Positions 1 through 9,690 are shown, numbered from the stretch's first letter. The stretch is 64,000 bases of DNA from Candidatus Sulfomarinibacteraceae bacterium (GCA_963796455.1 CAWCLO010000001.1:992001-1056000), one strand, 5' to 3'. Program-made: numbers and translations. The notes: generated by a model not told the origin, from the sequence alone.

Positions 1-97
1 ATCACCAAGTCCCTCTGGATCTTGGTTCTTGGATCTCCACATTAACCAATCAGTCGGCTCCGGGAATACTCATCCCCAATCGACCGCTACACCTCAT

Positions 98-994
98 ATG
101 AGAATCATCATCTCCGGTGCCAGCGGTCTCGTCGGTTCAGCTCTTGTTCCTTCATTGAAGGCTGCGGGTCACCATGTCGTGCGTCTTGTCAGACCTCCAT
201 CGAAACCGGGAGTGGGCCAGGCGCCATGGGACCCCCAGGCAGGGATCCTCGATCCAGAGATCCTCTCCGGCGCCGATGCCGTCATCAATCTCAACGGCCA
301 GAATATTGGCGACCGACGGTGGACACCGGCGGTCAAGGAGGGACTGCGAAAAAGTCGTCTCGACGCCACCCGGACGGTCGTCGATTCGTTCCGCCGCGCA
401 GCCGATCCTCCGAGAGTCCTGATCAACGCCTCCGCAACGGGTTTCTACGGCGATCGCGGCGAAGAATTGCTTGACGAGAATTCTGAGGCCGGTCGAGGCT
501 ACCTGTCCGATCTGGCGGGCGACTGGGAAAAGGCGGCGGCGGCAGCTCGCTCCGAGATGACTCGTGTCGTTTCGATCCGACTCGGAATGGTCGTCGCGGC
601 TGAGGGCGCCCTGAAAAAAATGTTGTTGCCGTTCAAATTGGGTGCCGGCGGTCCGATCGGCAATGGGCGGCAATTCTGGCCGTGGATCGGCATCGACGAT
701 GTCTGCGGTGCCATCCTCCACATACTCGCGAAGGAGGAGATCTCGGGACCGGTCAATCTCGTCTCGCCCGCGGAGACCCGCTGCAAAGATTTCACGAGCA
801 CCCTCGGCCGAGTTCTGCGCCGTCCCGCGCTGGTTCCCCTCCCCGCCTTTGCCGCCCGTCTTGCGCTCGGGGAGATGGCGGATGATCTCTTGCTTGCGTC
901 GACACGTGTACGGCCGGGAGTTCTCGAGCAAAGCGGTTACGCATTCCACTCTCCCGATCTCGAAAAGGCAATTCGAGGCGCGATCGACCGTTGA
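98..994 (+). CDS. TIGR01777 family NAD-dependent epimerase/oxidoreductase (YfcH-like)
   Basis: N-terminal IIISGASGLVGSAL Rossmann motif, SATGFYGDRG, GGPIGNGRQFWPWI; ATG at 98 chosen. Confidence 0.9.
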   Translation: MRIIISGASGLVGSALVPSLKAAGHHVVRLVRPPSKPGVGQAPWDPQAGILDPEILSGADAVINLNGQNIGDRRWTPAVKEGLRKSRLDATRTVVDSFRRAADPPRVLINASATGFYGDRGEELLDENSEAGRGYLSDLAGDWEKAAAAARSEMTRVVSIRLGMVVAAEGALKKMLLPFKLGAGGPIGNGRQFWPWIGIDDVCGAILHILAKEEISGPVNLVSPAETRCKDFTSTLGRVLRRPALVPLPAFAARLALGEMADDLLLASTRVRPGVLEQSGYAFHSPDLEKAIRGAIDR

Positions 995-1062
995 TGACGC
1001 GCCGCGCCCTGCCATCTCTCACCAGTTTTATTGGCATGAGAATGAGATTGAAGTAGGATCGC

Positions 1063-1998
1063 ATGATGCGTGCTGTCAATTCTATTCTGGACCTGATCGG
1101 TAACACCCCGCTCGTCCGTCTCGGAGGACTCGAAGACCCCGGTTCCGGCGAAGTCTGGGCCAAGCTCGAAAGCCTCAACCCCGGCTTTTCGGTCAAAGAT
1201 CGTGTCGGTCTGGCGCTCATCCGACAAGCAGAGCTTGATGGGATCCTCGAACCCGGCGGCACAATTGTCGAGGCCACCGCCGGGAACACGGGTCTGGCGT
1301 TGGCGATGGTCGGCCGACGACTCGGATACCGGGTCATCCTGGTAATGCCGGAGCAGTTCTCGATCGAGAAACGGCGACTGATGCGGGCCCTCGGCGGCGA
1401 GGTCATCGTCTCACCATCCAATGAAGGGATTCCCGGCGCCCAGCAACGCGCGCGGGATATTGCTGCAAACACCCCGGGGGCGGTCTACGTCGATCAGTTT
1501 GCCAACCCGGCCAATCCGGATGCCCATGCCGCAACCACCGGGCCCGAAATCTACGAACAGATGGGCGGCCACATCGATGCCCTGGTGGCCGGCTGCGGTT
1601 CGGGAGGCACTTTCTCGGGGACCGCCCGTTTTCTCAAACAGGAGATCCCCCGCCTTTTGGCGGTGGCGGTGGAGCCAAAGGGCTCGATCCTCGGCGGCGG
1701 CGACCCAGGTGAATACGAAGTCGAGGGCATCGGCATGAAAACGCTGCACCCGACCATGGATCTCGACATCGCCGATGAAATCATCAGCGTGCCCGACATC
1801 AGTGCCTTCAGATATGTGCGGCGCCTGGCATCCGATTGCGGAATCCTGGCTGGATCATCCGCAGGTGCAGCGGTGTGGGCCGCAGTCCAGGTCGCACGAA
1901 GGCTCGGCACCGACAAGCGGGTGGTAACGATCGTGCCAGACTCGTCCGAGCGTTATCTTTCGAAAGACGTCTACGACCGATTCCTGGAGGATTCTTGA
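1063..1998 (+). CDS. PLP-dependent cysteine synthase family; likely O-acetylserine-dependent cystathionine beta-synthase (MccA-like)
   Basis: KLESLNPGFSVKDR, EATAGNTG, GSGGT motifs; overlaps the downstream cystathionine lyase gene. Confidence 0.88.
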   Translation: MMRAVNSILDLIGNTPLVRLGGLEDPGSGEVWAKLESLNPGFSVKDRVGLALIRQAELDGILEPGGTIVEATAGNTGLALAMVGRRLGYRVILVMPEQFSIEKRRLMRALGGEVIVSPSNEGIPGAQQRARDIAANTPGAVYVDQFANPANPDAHAATTGPEIYEQMGGHIDALVAGCGSGGTFSGTARFLKQEIPRLLAVAVEPKGSILGGGDPGEYEVEGIGMKTLHPTMDLDIADEIISVPDISAFRYVRRLASDCGILAGSSAGAAVWAAVQVARRLGTDKRVVTIVPDSSERYLSKDVYDRFLEDS

Positions 1999-3143
1999 AA
2001 ATCGCCACCACCTGCGTGCACGCCGGCCATCAACCGGATGACGAAACCGGTGCGATCAACGTCCCCATCTACGCCTCCTCGACCTACGCCTACCGGGAGT
2101 TTGGCGAGCACCGAGGTTGGGAGTATTCGCGCACCGGGAACCCGACGCGAAATACCCTCGAACGGGCGATGGCCGAACTCGAGGGTGGGGCCGACGGTAT
2201 TGCCTTCGCCTCCGGGCTCGCCGCCATCGACGCGATCACCGATCTGCTCGAAGCGGGTGATCACATCGTCGCGGCCGACAATCTCTATGGCGGGACCTAT
2301 CGTCTTTTGACCACGACGACCGAAGGCCACGGCATACCCGTCAGTTTTGTCAACGCGGCAGACACCGAGGCCTTCCGAGACGCCTGCTCCGAACGTACCC
2401 GGCTGATATTTGTCGAGACCCCCACCAACCCACTCATGCAACTCGTCGATCTGGCGGCGGTAGCCGCGATCGCCAAGGGTTGCGGCGCCATGTTGGTGGT
2501 GGACAACACTTTTCTCACGCCGGTATTGCAACGACCGATCGATTTCGGCGCCGATCTCGTAGTGCATTCGACCACCAAATATCTCAACGGGCACTCCGAT
2601 GGTGTCGGTGGCGTGGTCGTGACCCGCAACCCCGAACTCGGCGAGCGCCTGCACACGGTCCAGAACAACGTCGGCGCCATCCTCGGGCCCTTCGACGCCT
2701 ATCTGGTCCTGCGTGGTTTGAAGACTCTGGCCATCCGGATGGCAACCCATGAATCCAACGCCCGGAACCTGGCCGGATTCCTGCTCACCCGCAGCGAACT
2801 CGTTTCGCTGCGATACCCCGGCCTCGCCAACCACCCGCAGCACCAACTGGCGCGCCAACAACAATCGGGATTCGGCGGCATGATTTCCTTCGATCTCGGT
2901 TCGCTTGAAAAGGCGCGCGCCTTTTGCAATGCCGTCGAGATCTTCACGCTTGCCGAATCACTCGGCGGTGTGGAGTCTTTGGTATGCCACCCGGCGACGA
3001 TGACCCATGCTTCGGTGCCAACCGAAGAACGGGAACGAATCGGGATCGGCGAAGGCCTGGTCCGGCTGTCGGTTGGTATCGAGCATGCGAGTGATCTCGA
3101 GGTGGATCTCACCCGCGCCCTCGACGCCGCCGCTCAGTTTTGA
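1995..3143 (+). CDS. Cystathionine gamma-lyase/synthase (Cys/Met metabolism PLP enzyme, MccB/MetB-like)
   Basis: YSRTGNPT, ETPTNP, HSTTKYLNGHSD, LAESLGGVESL; TTG start at 1995 overlaps upstream stop, GGAGG RBS. Confidence 0.9.
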   Translation: MKIATTCVHAGHQPDDETGAINVPIYASSTYAYREFGEHRGWEYSRTGNPTRNTLERAMAELEGGADGIAFASGLAAIDAITDLLEAGDHIVAADNLYGGTYRLLTTTTEGHGIPVSFVNAADTEAFRDACSERTRLIFVETPTNPLMQLVDLAAVAAIAKGCGAMLVVDNTFLTPVLQRPIDFGADLVVHSTTKYLNGHSDGVGGVVVTRNPELGERLHTVQNNVGAILGPFDAYLVLRGLKTLAIRMATHESNARNLAGFLLTRSELVSLRYPGLANHPQHQLARQQQSGFGGMISFDLGSLEKARAFCNAVEIFTLAESLGGVESLVCHPATMTHASVPTEERERIGIGEGLVRLSVGIEHASDLEVDLTRALDAAAQF

Positions 3144-3232
3144 GTTATGAGTTTTGAGTTATGAGTTGAGAACCCGATATTTGGGTGGCGACTGGTAACT
3201 CAAAACTCAAAACTCAACTCTCAAAACTCAAA
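3136..3232. repeat. Inverted heptamer tandem array: (AGTTWTG)x~5, 26-bp spacer, (AACTCAA)x~5
   Basis: Left arm 3136-3170, right arm 3197-3232, between convergent genes; includes the upstream gene's TGA stop. Confidence 0.92.
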
Positions 3233-3249
3233 CCTCGGCCCGGGAGCCT

Positions 3250-4479
3250 CTAGCCTGCCAATGCTTCCACGGGCGTGAGCCGCGCCGCCTTGAGCGACGG
3301 ATAAAAGCCCGCGACGATCCCGATGCTGATGGCGAATATGACCGCCAACCCGACCGCGAACCCGGAGATCGGCAACCCGGCCTCGAAGAACTGGCCGGCA
3401 AAGGCGCACAGCACCACCGCCACACCAAAACCGATGACCGCGCCTACCGCGGATAAAAAGACCGCTTCGACGAGGAATTGGAGCAGGATGTCGCGGTCTT
3501 CAGCGCCGATCGATTTGCGGAGACCGATCTCGTAAAGTCTCTCCGCCAGGGATATCTGGAGGACCGAAAAAATACCGACGCCACCGACAACCAGCGAGAT
3601 CGCGGAAATCGAAAAGAGGATGATCGTCCAGCCTCGCATCATGACGTCGATCTCTTCTTCGGCCTGGAGGATCTCGGCCGCCACGTTTTCGACCTCGAAA
3701 TCCTCCACCCGGTTGTGTTGCCGCCACAGCCTGTTCTTGAGGTGGGCAAAAAGCTCCGCGAGATTGTCGGTGTTGGCCGCCTTGACCATCATCATCGGCA
3801 CTTTCTCGCCGCTTCCGTAGAGCCCCTGCATGGTCGTCAGGGGTATGGTCGCCCCCTCCATCTCACGCCGGCTCCAACCGTCGTTGATCATCTCGTTGCC
3901 GATCCGTTCGCCGACACCGATGACCTCGAAACGGTGATCTCCGATGCGCACCCACTGGCCGACCCCATCGCTACTGCCAAAGAGGTCTTCAGCAAGGAAG
4001 TGGCCGAGGACCACCACTCTCCGCCGGCGCTCGATATCGAGGTCGGCGATGTAGCGGCCCGCTTCCGTCCGGCGATCAAAGACCACCGCATAATCCGGAG
4101 TCGTCCCGGTGATTCGCACCGATTGACTGGCGTCACCCCACGCGATCACCTGCTGGCCGAATGCCACGGGAGCCGCCGACGTCACCTGGTCGGTCGCAGC
4201 AACCAGCGACGCGGCGTCCTCACGCCGCAGACCTTCGGAAAGGTGGGAGCGTTTGATATCGAGGTTGGAGGTCGGGTCTTCGGCGCTGACGAAGAGGACC
4301 CCACGCAGACCGAGGGAATCGATGCCGCTCCAGATCTCGACCTTGATGGCCTCGATCAGGCTGACCATGGTGACTACAGCCATCGTTCCGAGGACGACTC
4401 CGAAGAGGGTCAGGAGCGAACGCATCTTGTGCGCCCAGACCTCGGTGATGGTGGTTCTCAGGGATTCGCCGATATACAT
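3250..4479 (-). CDS. ABC transporter permease (MacB/FtsX family)
   Basis: HKMRSLLTLFGVVLG, ERLYEIGLRKSIGA, YPSLKAARLTPVEAL. Confidence 0.9.
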   Translation of the reverse strand: MYIGESLRTTITEVWAHKMRSLLTLFGVVLGTMAVVTMVSLIEAIKVEIWSGIDSLGLRGVLFVSAEDPTSNLDIKRSHLSEGLRREDAASLVAATDQVTSAAPVAFGQQVIAWGDASQSVRITGTTPDYAVVFDRRTEAGRYIADLDIERRRRVVVLGHFLAEDLFGSSDGVGQWVRIGDHRFEVIGVGERIGNEMINDGWSRREMEGATIPLTTMQGLYGSGEKVPMMMVKAANTDNLAELFAHLKNRLWRQHNRVEDFEVENVAAEILQAEEEIDVMMRGWTIILFSISAISLVVGGVGIFSVLQISLAERLYEIGLRKSIGAEDRDILLQFLVEAVFLSAVGAVIGFGVAVVLCAFAGQFFEAGLPISGFAVGLAVIFAISIGIVAGFYPSLKAARLTPVEALAG

Positions 4480-4486
4480 CAGATCC

Positions 4487-5719
4487 TCATTCGTATCGCA
4501 GCGCGACGACCGGGTCGAGCCTCGACGCCTTGACTGCGGGATAAAGGCCGAAAACCAAACCAACCACGGTCGCGGATGCCACCGAGACCAGCACCATCGA
4601 TGGGGTGATCGTCATTTCCATCTGCATGATGCTCATGATTCCGAAGGTAAAAACGATACCGAGCGCGAGACCCGCGGCACCGCCACAGACCGTGACCACG
4701 ATGGCCTCGATCAGGACCTGGACAAAGACCTGCCAGCCGGTGGCCCCGAGCGCCTTACGAACACCCACTTCGCGCATCCGTTCGGTGAAGGAGGCGAGCA
4801 TGATGTTGGTGATCACGATGCCGCCCACCAGCAGGGAGATCACGCCGCAGGCCAGAAACGTGAAGTTGTAAACCATATCCTCCTGGGCACCCTGTTCGAG
4901 CCTTTCCTGGCGGTCCCAGATTCCAAAGTCCTCGATCCCGTGCCGCGCCCTCAGCAACATTTCCAGGGCCTCGCGAGACTCCTTGTGCACCTCGGCCGAG
5001 TGGAGCCGCAAATTGAGCTCGTCGATCCGTTCGGCGCCCGGTTCCTGGTGGCGCTTCATGTAGGAGGTGATCGGCACGGTGACAAGCCGGTTGAGCCACT
5101 CGTGCGCGTTGTAACTGTCCGACTCCTGCCAGAAGAAAATCTTTTCCGCGGTCACACCGACCACCGTGTAGGCCTTGCCATCAATGTTCAGTGCCTTGCC
5201 CACCGGATCGGCGGTGCCGAAGAGCTCCCGGGCCCGGGTCGATCCGAGCACCACGACCGCGGCGGCCGTATCGAGATCATGATCGGTGATATAGCGTCCG
5301 CTGCCCATGGTCAGTTCGCGCATCTGTTTGAATTGCGGTTCAATGGCGGTCACGCGGAAGGTCTCTTCGGTTGCGCCCGCCCGCATCCGGTGGCTCCGGG
5401 AGATCTCGGCCACTACCAGATCGAAGCCGTCAATGGTTTCTCGAATGGCCTCGGCGTCCTCGAGTTTGAGCCCCGTCCTCGCCTTCTGGCGCGCCGTCAT
5501 CTCGAGCTCACCCGGTGGCTGGTTGTAAATCCCCATGAGACGGGTTCCACCGGATTCGCGAAAATACTGGTCCCGCCGGGCATCCATGCTCGCGGTCATA
5601 CCCAGGGTGGCTACCACCGAGGCCACCCCTAGAATCACACCGAGGGTCTGGAGCACCGTGCGACCAATGTGCTCGCGGATCTCGACGAAGCCCTCGCGGA
5701 TGAAGCCGATCGGGTTCAT
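4487..5719 (-). CDS. ABC transporter permease (MacB/FtsX family)
   Basis: VGGIVITNIMLASFTERMREVGVRKALGA, YPAVKASRLDPVVALRYE. Confidence 0.92.
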   Translation of the reverse strand: MNPIGFIREGFVEIREHIGRTVLQTLGVILGVASVVATLGMTASMDARRDQYFRESGGTRLMGIYNQPPGELEMTARQKARTGLKLEDAEAIRETIDGFDLVVAEISRSHRMRAGATEETFRVTAIEPQFKQMRELTMGSGRYITDHDLDTAAAVVVLGSTRARELFGTADPVGKALNIDGKAYTVVGVTAEKIFFWQESDSYNAHEWLNRLVTVPITSYMKRHQEPGAERIDELNLRLHSAEVHKESREALEMLLRARHGIEDFGIWDRQERLEQGAQEDMVYNFTFLACGVISLLVGGIVITNIMLASFTERMREVGVRKALGATGWQVFVQVLIEAIVVTVCGGAAGLALGIVFTFGIMSIMQMEMTITPSMVLVSVASATVVGLVFGLYPAVKASRLDPVVALRYE

Positions 5720-6408
5720 GCGGCCACTCTCTCGCTCTCGTTCAGAACCTGACCATCGACGATCCGGATCGTCCGTCGTGCACGGGCGGCGATGGACGGA
5801 TCGTGGGTCACCATGATCAGCGTCTGGCCGCCGGCCCGCAGCTCATCGAAGAGGGCCAGAATCTCGCCGCCGGTCTGTTGATCGAGGTTGCCGGTCGGTT
5901 CGTCGGCCATGATGACCGATGGGCGGCCGACGATCGCCCGCGCGATCGCACCACGCTGCCTCTGACCACCTGAAAGCTCGTTCGGACGATGTCGTCCACG
6001 ATCTCCGAGCCCGACCTTCGCCAGAGCCTCAAGTGCGAGCTGACGCCGTTCCGCCCGACCCACCCCGCCGTAGAGCAGGGGCAGTTCCACGTTTCGCAGC
6101 AGGCTCGCCTTGGGCAGAAGGTTGAAGTTCTGAAAAATGAACCCGATCTTGCGGTTGCGAAGATGGGCCAACTTGCGGCGAGAAAAACCCGAGACCTCTT
6201 CGCCGTCGAGCTTGTAAGAGCCACCGGAGGGTGTGTCCAGAAGCCCGAGAATGTGCATCAGGGTGGACTTTCCGGAGCCCGATGGCCCCATCACCGCCAG
6301 GTAGTCGCCCGCACCCACCACGAGGTTGATGCCTTTGAGCGCCTCCACCGACAGGTCTCCGCTCCCATAAACCTTCGTGATGCCATCAAGTTGCATCAGG
6401 GGTTGCAT
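5716..6408 (-). CDS. ABC transporter ATP-binding protein (LolD/MacB-like)
   Basis: Walker A GPSGSGKS, LSGGQRQR, DEPTGNLD. Confidence 0.95.
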   Translation of the reverse strand: MQPLMQLDGITKVYGSGDLSVEALKGINLVVGAGDYLAVMGPSGSGKSTLMHILGLLDTPSGGSYKLDGEEVSGFSRRKLAHLRNRKIGFIFQNFNLLPKASLLRNVELPLLYGGVGRAERRQLALEALAKVGLGDRGRHRPNELSGGQRQRGAIARAIVGRPSVIMADEPTGNLDQQTGGEILALFDELRAGGQTLIMVTHDPSIAARARRTIRIVDGQVLNESERVAA

Positions 6409-7661
6409 CAGGACCTCTCCTCCTGCGGCTTGCTGGGATCGGCCAGCGCCACCTTTTCGCCCTCTTCGATGCCCTCGACAATCTCCACCTCGGCGGTGGA
6501 GGCGATGCCGGTCACGACTCTGCGCTCCTCGAACCACCGCCGCCACTCCTGGCGTGGATCGTCCCGCCACGGTTCGTCTCCGCGGGCACCGGCATCAGCG
6601 ATTCCCGATGCGTTCGCATCTTCCGCGTCGTCTCCCTCTTCGCTCAACTCGACGGGGAGTGGTTCATCACGAAGCACGTAGACCATCTCCTCGTCACCAC
6701 GCAGAAAGACCGACTCCACGGGGATCGCAAGAACCTGTTCGCGGATCTCGCCGCGGATCTCGAGGTTGGCGGTCATGCCGGTCCTCAGTTCGTGGCCGAT
6801 CACCGCGAGGGAGATTTCCACATCGAAGACCTTGATCTGGTTGTCGAGTCGTGCCGCCGGCGCGATCCGGCTGATGGTCCCGTCAAAAAGAACCCGCGGG
6901 AAAGCATCGAGGGTCACCCGGGCGGTCTGGCCGAGGTGGATCTTGCCGATATCGACCTCGTTGATACCGGCCTTAACCAGCATCGTCCCGAGATCGGCGA
7001 CTGTGGAAATCACCGTGCCCGCGTTGAAAGACCCGCTGCCGGTCACGGTCTCACCAAGCTCCACGGGGCGTTCGATGACGACGCCGTCCATCGGAGAAAC
7101 GATATTCACGACCTGCCGGGGATTATCGCCAACCGGGATCCCGGATGCCTCGACCAGGCCGATCTGGTCCTGCGCTTCTTCCTGCGCCTGTACGGCCTGA
7201 CGATAACGGGTCTCCGCCTCACGGTTGACCTCGACCGAGATCAGACCGTTTTCGAAGAGCTTCCGTTTGGCGTCGTAGTCCTGCTTGGCATCTTCGAGAT
7301 CGATTGATGAGGCCTCCACCTGATTGCGGACCGACAGCAGGTTTTGCGCCTGATTGATATCGGGCTCGATCCGGGCGATGAGCTGGCCCTTCTTGACCAC
7401 GTCACCGGCTCGAATCGGCAGATCCACGACCCGGCCCGAAAGGTTGGATTTGATCTCGACCTTGACCTCGGGCTCGACCGTGCCGACCTCACGGACAATG
7501 ACCTGGACATCATCGATGCCTGCGGCCAGAGTCGGAATCTCGGGAGCCTCTTCTTCGTCGCCGTTTCCGTTGCCCTTGTTGATCGATGCGTAAGCCACCG
7601 CCGCAACGGTAATGAGCAACACGGCGATGATCACAAACCAGCGTTTTCGTTTCGGAGCCAT
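6408..7661 (-). CDS. Efflux periplasmic adaptor subunit (MacA/HlyD-like)
   Basis: N-terminal TM anchor, lipoyl-like GDVVKKGQLIARI, SPMDGVV, LRTGMTAN. Confidence 0.88.
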   Translation of the reverse strand: MAPKRKRWFVIIAVLLITVAAVAYASINKGNGNGDEEEAPEIPTLAAGIDDVQVIVREVGTVEPEVKVEIKSNLSGRVVDLPIRAGDVVKKGQLIARIEPDINQAQNLLSVRNQVEASSIDLEDAKQDYDAKRKLFENGLISVEVNREAETRYRQAVQAQEEAQDQIGLVEASGIPVGDNPRQVVNIVSPMDGVVIERPVELGETVTGSGSFNAGTVISTVADLGTMLVKAGINEVDIGKIHLGQTARVTLDAFPRVLFDGTISRIAPAARLDNQIKVFDVEISLAVIGHELRTGMTANLEIRGEIREQVLAIPVESVFLRGDEEMVYVLRDEPLPVELSEEGDDAEDANASGIADAGARGDEPWRDDPRQEWRRWFEERRVVTGIASTAEVEIVEGIEEGEKVALADPSKPQEERS

Positions 7662-7779
7662 CGGGTCCTCCCTCACTCAGAACAAACGACTCGATTCGCC
7701 CTTCATTACGTCGGAACGAGGAGAAATGTTCGCACCGGCACGGAAGTATCGAACCAATCGCAAGTTATCGATGTTGGAT

Positions 7780-8290
7780 CAAAACTGTCCAAAACAAATC
7801 AACATGTGAAGTTTCCCAACTGACAACACGTGGTTTACGAGTTGGTTTTTGGCATTTCCGGTTCGCGGTTGCCCCGCGCCCGCGTCCGTTTCCGGAATGG
7901 AGCGGCAGCGACAGGGACAGGAACCGGCGAACAGGGACAGCGATCAGTGATCAGGTGCAGCGATCAGGTGCAGCGACGGCGTGGCCACCACCGGGTCGTT
8001 CAACAGAAGGGGTAGCCGGTGGGCGGCCGAGTTGGTAGAGACCGGTCGAACCACTGGAGAATCGCCTACGCCTCGGCCAAAGGGGTCGACAGCCACTTGC
8101 AGCTCCTCGCCCACGCCGGGGCGATCAGCCCGAACGGAGCCAGTGAAGCGATGAACGCCTTCGATCAGGTCCGTGCGATGACCTGGCGCCTCTTGAACCC
8201 GAAAATGTGAGCGCTGGTCGCTGCCGCTGTCTGCTGTTCCCCTGTCGCTGTCCCTGAATCTTGTCCGAGACACTATCTTGGACAACAGTG
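7780..8290 (+). mobile_element. Copy A of TIR-bounded four-helix-bundle element (internally deleted)
   Basis: Ends CAAAACTGTCCAAAACAA ... TCTTGGACAACAGTG, flanked by AT/AT; shares TGACAAC...CATTTCCGGTTCGC and CAGCGR arms with the 48.9 and 54.0 kb copies. Confidence 0.8.
8024..8210 (+). pseudogene. 3' half of four helix bundle gene
   Basis: GRVGRDRSNHWRIAYASAK...AFDQVRAMTWRLLNPK nearly identical to the C-terminal half of 54319-54672. Confidence 0.9.
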
Positions 8291-8415
8291 ATCCAGTATC
8301 GAGCATCAAGTATCGAGTATCGAGCGAAAGCTCACCCTTTCTCCCTTTCCCCCTCCCTTTCCCCCTTTCCCCCTTTCTCACATTCGGGTACGGGATCGGG
8401 ATCGGAACGGACGGG
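8291..8415. repeat. Stacked short tandem arrays: heptamer ATCSAGY-like x5 (8291-8325), octamer CCCCCTTT-like (8333-8378), hexamer CGGGAT-like (8385-8415)
   Basis: Read directly from the sequence. Confidence 0.8.
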
Positions 8416-8468
8416 CGGACGGCGAGCAGCCTGTGTAAAATACCGGTCAATCGGCGAAGGAGGATGCC

Positions 8469-9680
8469 ATGCAGGAGTTGCTGAGCAAGGAGAACCTCGA
8501 TTATCAGGAACGAGCCCGCGAGGTGGCCGAAAAGTACGTGCGGCCCCGGGCGGCCGAGCTCGACCAGACCGGCGAATACGGCTGGGACATCCTGGAGGCC
8601 CTCAAGTCCTACGATCTGACCGGGTCGTGGATACCCAAAGAGTATGGCGGCCACGATGCGGGCGTCCTCAACCTCTGTCTCATCGTCGAGCAGCTGTCGC
8701 GGGCCTGCGGCGGAGTCGGTGTGGCCTACGCGGTCAACGCTCTCGGGTCCTTTCCGATCATCATCGGCGGCACCGAGGAACAGAAACAGAAGTACCTCCC
8801 GTCGATCGCAAAGGGTGAAAACCTGATCGCCTTTGGTCTCTCAGAAAAAGCATCGGGCTCCGATGCCGGCAGCTTGCGAACCACCGCCACCGAGGACGGC
8901 GACGATTTCATCCTCAACGGCCAGAAGAAGTGGAACACCAACGGCGGTGTGGCATCGTTCTTCACCATCTATGCCCTCACCCGGCCGGATCGAGGAATGC
9001 GGGGAATCTCGGCATTCATCGTGGAAAAAGACACCCCCGGTTTTACGATCGGAAAACGCGAAGACACGATGGGCATCCGCACCGTGTCGGTCAACGAGCT
9101 CGAGTTCACGGATTGCCGGGTACCATCGTCACAGCTCATGGGTCACACCGAGGGCAACGGGTTCAAAAACGCCATGATGACCCTCGATCGCGCCCGGCCC
9201 GGCGTCGCCGCTCAGGCACTGGGCCTCGCCCAGGGAGCCTTCGAGTGGGCCATGCGTTATACCTCCGAGCGAAAACAATTCGGCCAGATGGTGATGTCGC
9301 ACCAGGCGGTCCAGTTCATGCTTGCCGATATGGCAACCCAGATCGAGGCCGCCCGGCAGTTGGTCTATGCCTCGGCAAGGCTGATCGATTCGGGAGCAAA
9401 AAACATCAACAAACTGGCGGCCATGGGCAAGGTCTTCGCTACCGACACGGCGATGAAGGTGACCACCGACGCGGTCCAGCTCTTCGGTGGTTATGGATAC
9501 TGCAAGGACTATCCAATCGAGAAATACATGCGGGACGCCAAGATCACCCAGATCTATGAGGGCACCAACCAGGTTCAGCGTCTGGTGATCGGCCGCGCGT
9601 TGACCCGGGAACTCAAGGAGCTGACCGGCCACCTCGATGTGATCGTCGAGCATTTTCCGGAGGACGAGAAGGACGACTGA
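8469..9680 (+). CDS. Acyl-CoA dehydrogenase
   Basis: FGLSEKASGSDA, LNGQKKW, QLFGGYGY, RDAKITQIYEGTNQVQR; AGGAGG RBS. Confidence 0.95.
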   Translation: MQELLSKENLDYQERAREVAEKYVRPRAAELDQTGEYGWDILEALKSYDLTGSWIPKEYGGHDAGVLNLCLIVEQLSRACGGVGVAYAVNALGSFPIIIGGTEEQKQKYLPSIAKGENLIAFGLSEKASGSDAGSLRTTATEDGDDFILNGQKKWNTNGGVASFFTIYALTRPDRGMRGISAFIVEKDTPGFTIGKREDTMGIRTVSVNELEFTDCRVPSSQLMGHTEGNGFKNAMMTLDRARPGVAAQALGLAQGAFEWAMRYTSERKQFGQMVMSHQAVQFMLADMATQIEAARQLVYASARLIDSGAKNINKLAAMGKVFATDTAMKVTTDAVQLFGGYGYCKDYPIEKYMRDAKITQIYEGTNQVQRLVIGRALTRELKELTGHLDVIVEHFPEDEKDD

Positions 9681-9690
9681 CGTCGTCCTG

